64,000 nt of DNA from Eledone cirrhosa (lineage: Eukaryota). The notes under the pieces were generated by a model. It was not told the origin of the DNA. It was given only the letters and a program-made list of their open reading frames with translations, and searched no databases. The position numbers were made by a program, and so were the translations under genes. The stretch is from contig OZ024743.1 of the NCBI GenBank assembly GCA_964016885.1, forward strand, positions 151,156,001-151,220,000, given 5' to 3'. Shown here in pieces: positions 63,901 to 64,000 of this stretch (the stretch's first letter is position 1; each line of letters begins with the position of its first letter).

Positions 63901-64000
63901 AGGAAAGATACACACACATTATATATATATATATTGATAGTTTATAATGAATGGTTTGTGACTTAATCTTTAAGCATTTATAGAATAGGATTAACTAGTT

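Overview
AT-rich animal genomic DNA. The SINE/RTE repeat content and long (TA)n arrays suggest a mollusc, probably an octopus-like cephalopod (inference). One gene dominates the window: a minus-strand TANC/rolling-pebbles family gene (P-loop NTPase + ankyrin repeats + TPR, ending in the PDZ-type ligand -ETAL). I traced 17 coding exons by hand from 43973 down to 8553, with GT-AG boundaries and consistent phases (1308 aa from the ATG at 43971; further 5' exons are not resolved). The introns and flanks hold tRNA-derived SINEs (several young copies with 14-19 bp TSDs), RTE LINE remnants, CRE-like and Hero/NeSL-like RLE fragments, several MITEs, a Helitron-like end and microsatellites. The most notable signals are: (1) a 137-bp near-perfect palindrome made of two inverted type-I hammerhead ribozymes, where the copy on the pre-mRNA strand has a G8->A core change opposite a C; (2) an RTE insertion with a twin-priming 5' inversion and an 11-bp TSD; (3) closely similar inverted SINE pairs bracketing exon blocks; (4) a TSD-SINE-TSD-SINE-TSD tandem; (5) a SINE inserted at an RTE YADD motif. 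I found no prokaryotic system or CRISPR array.
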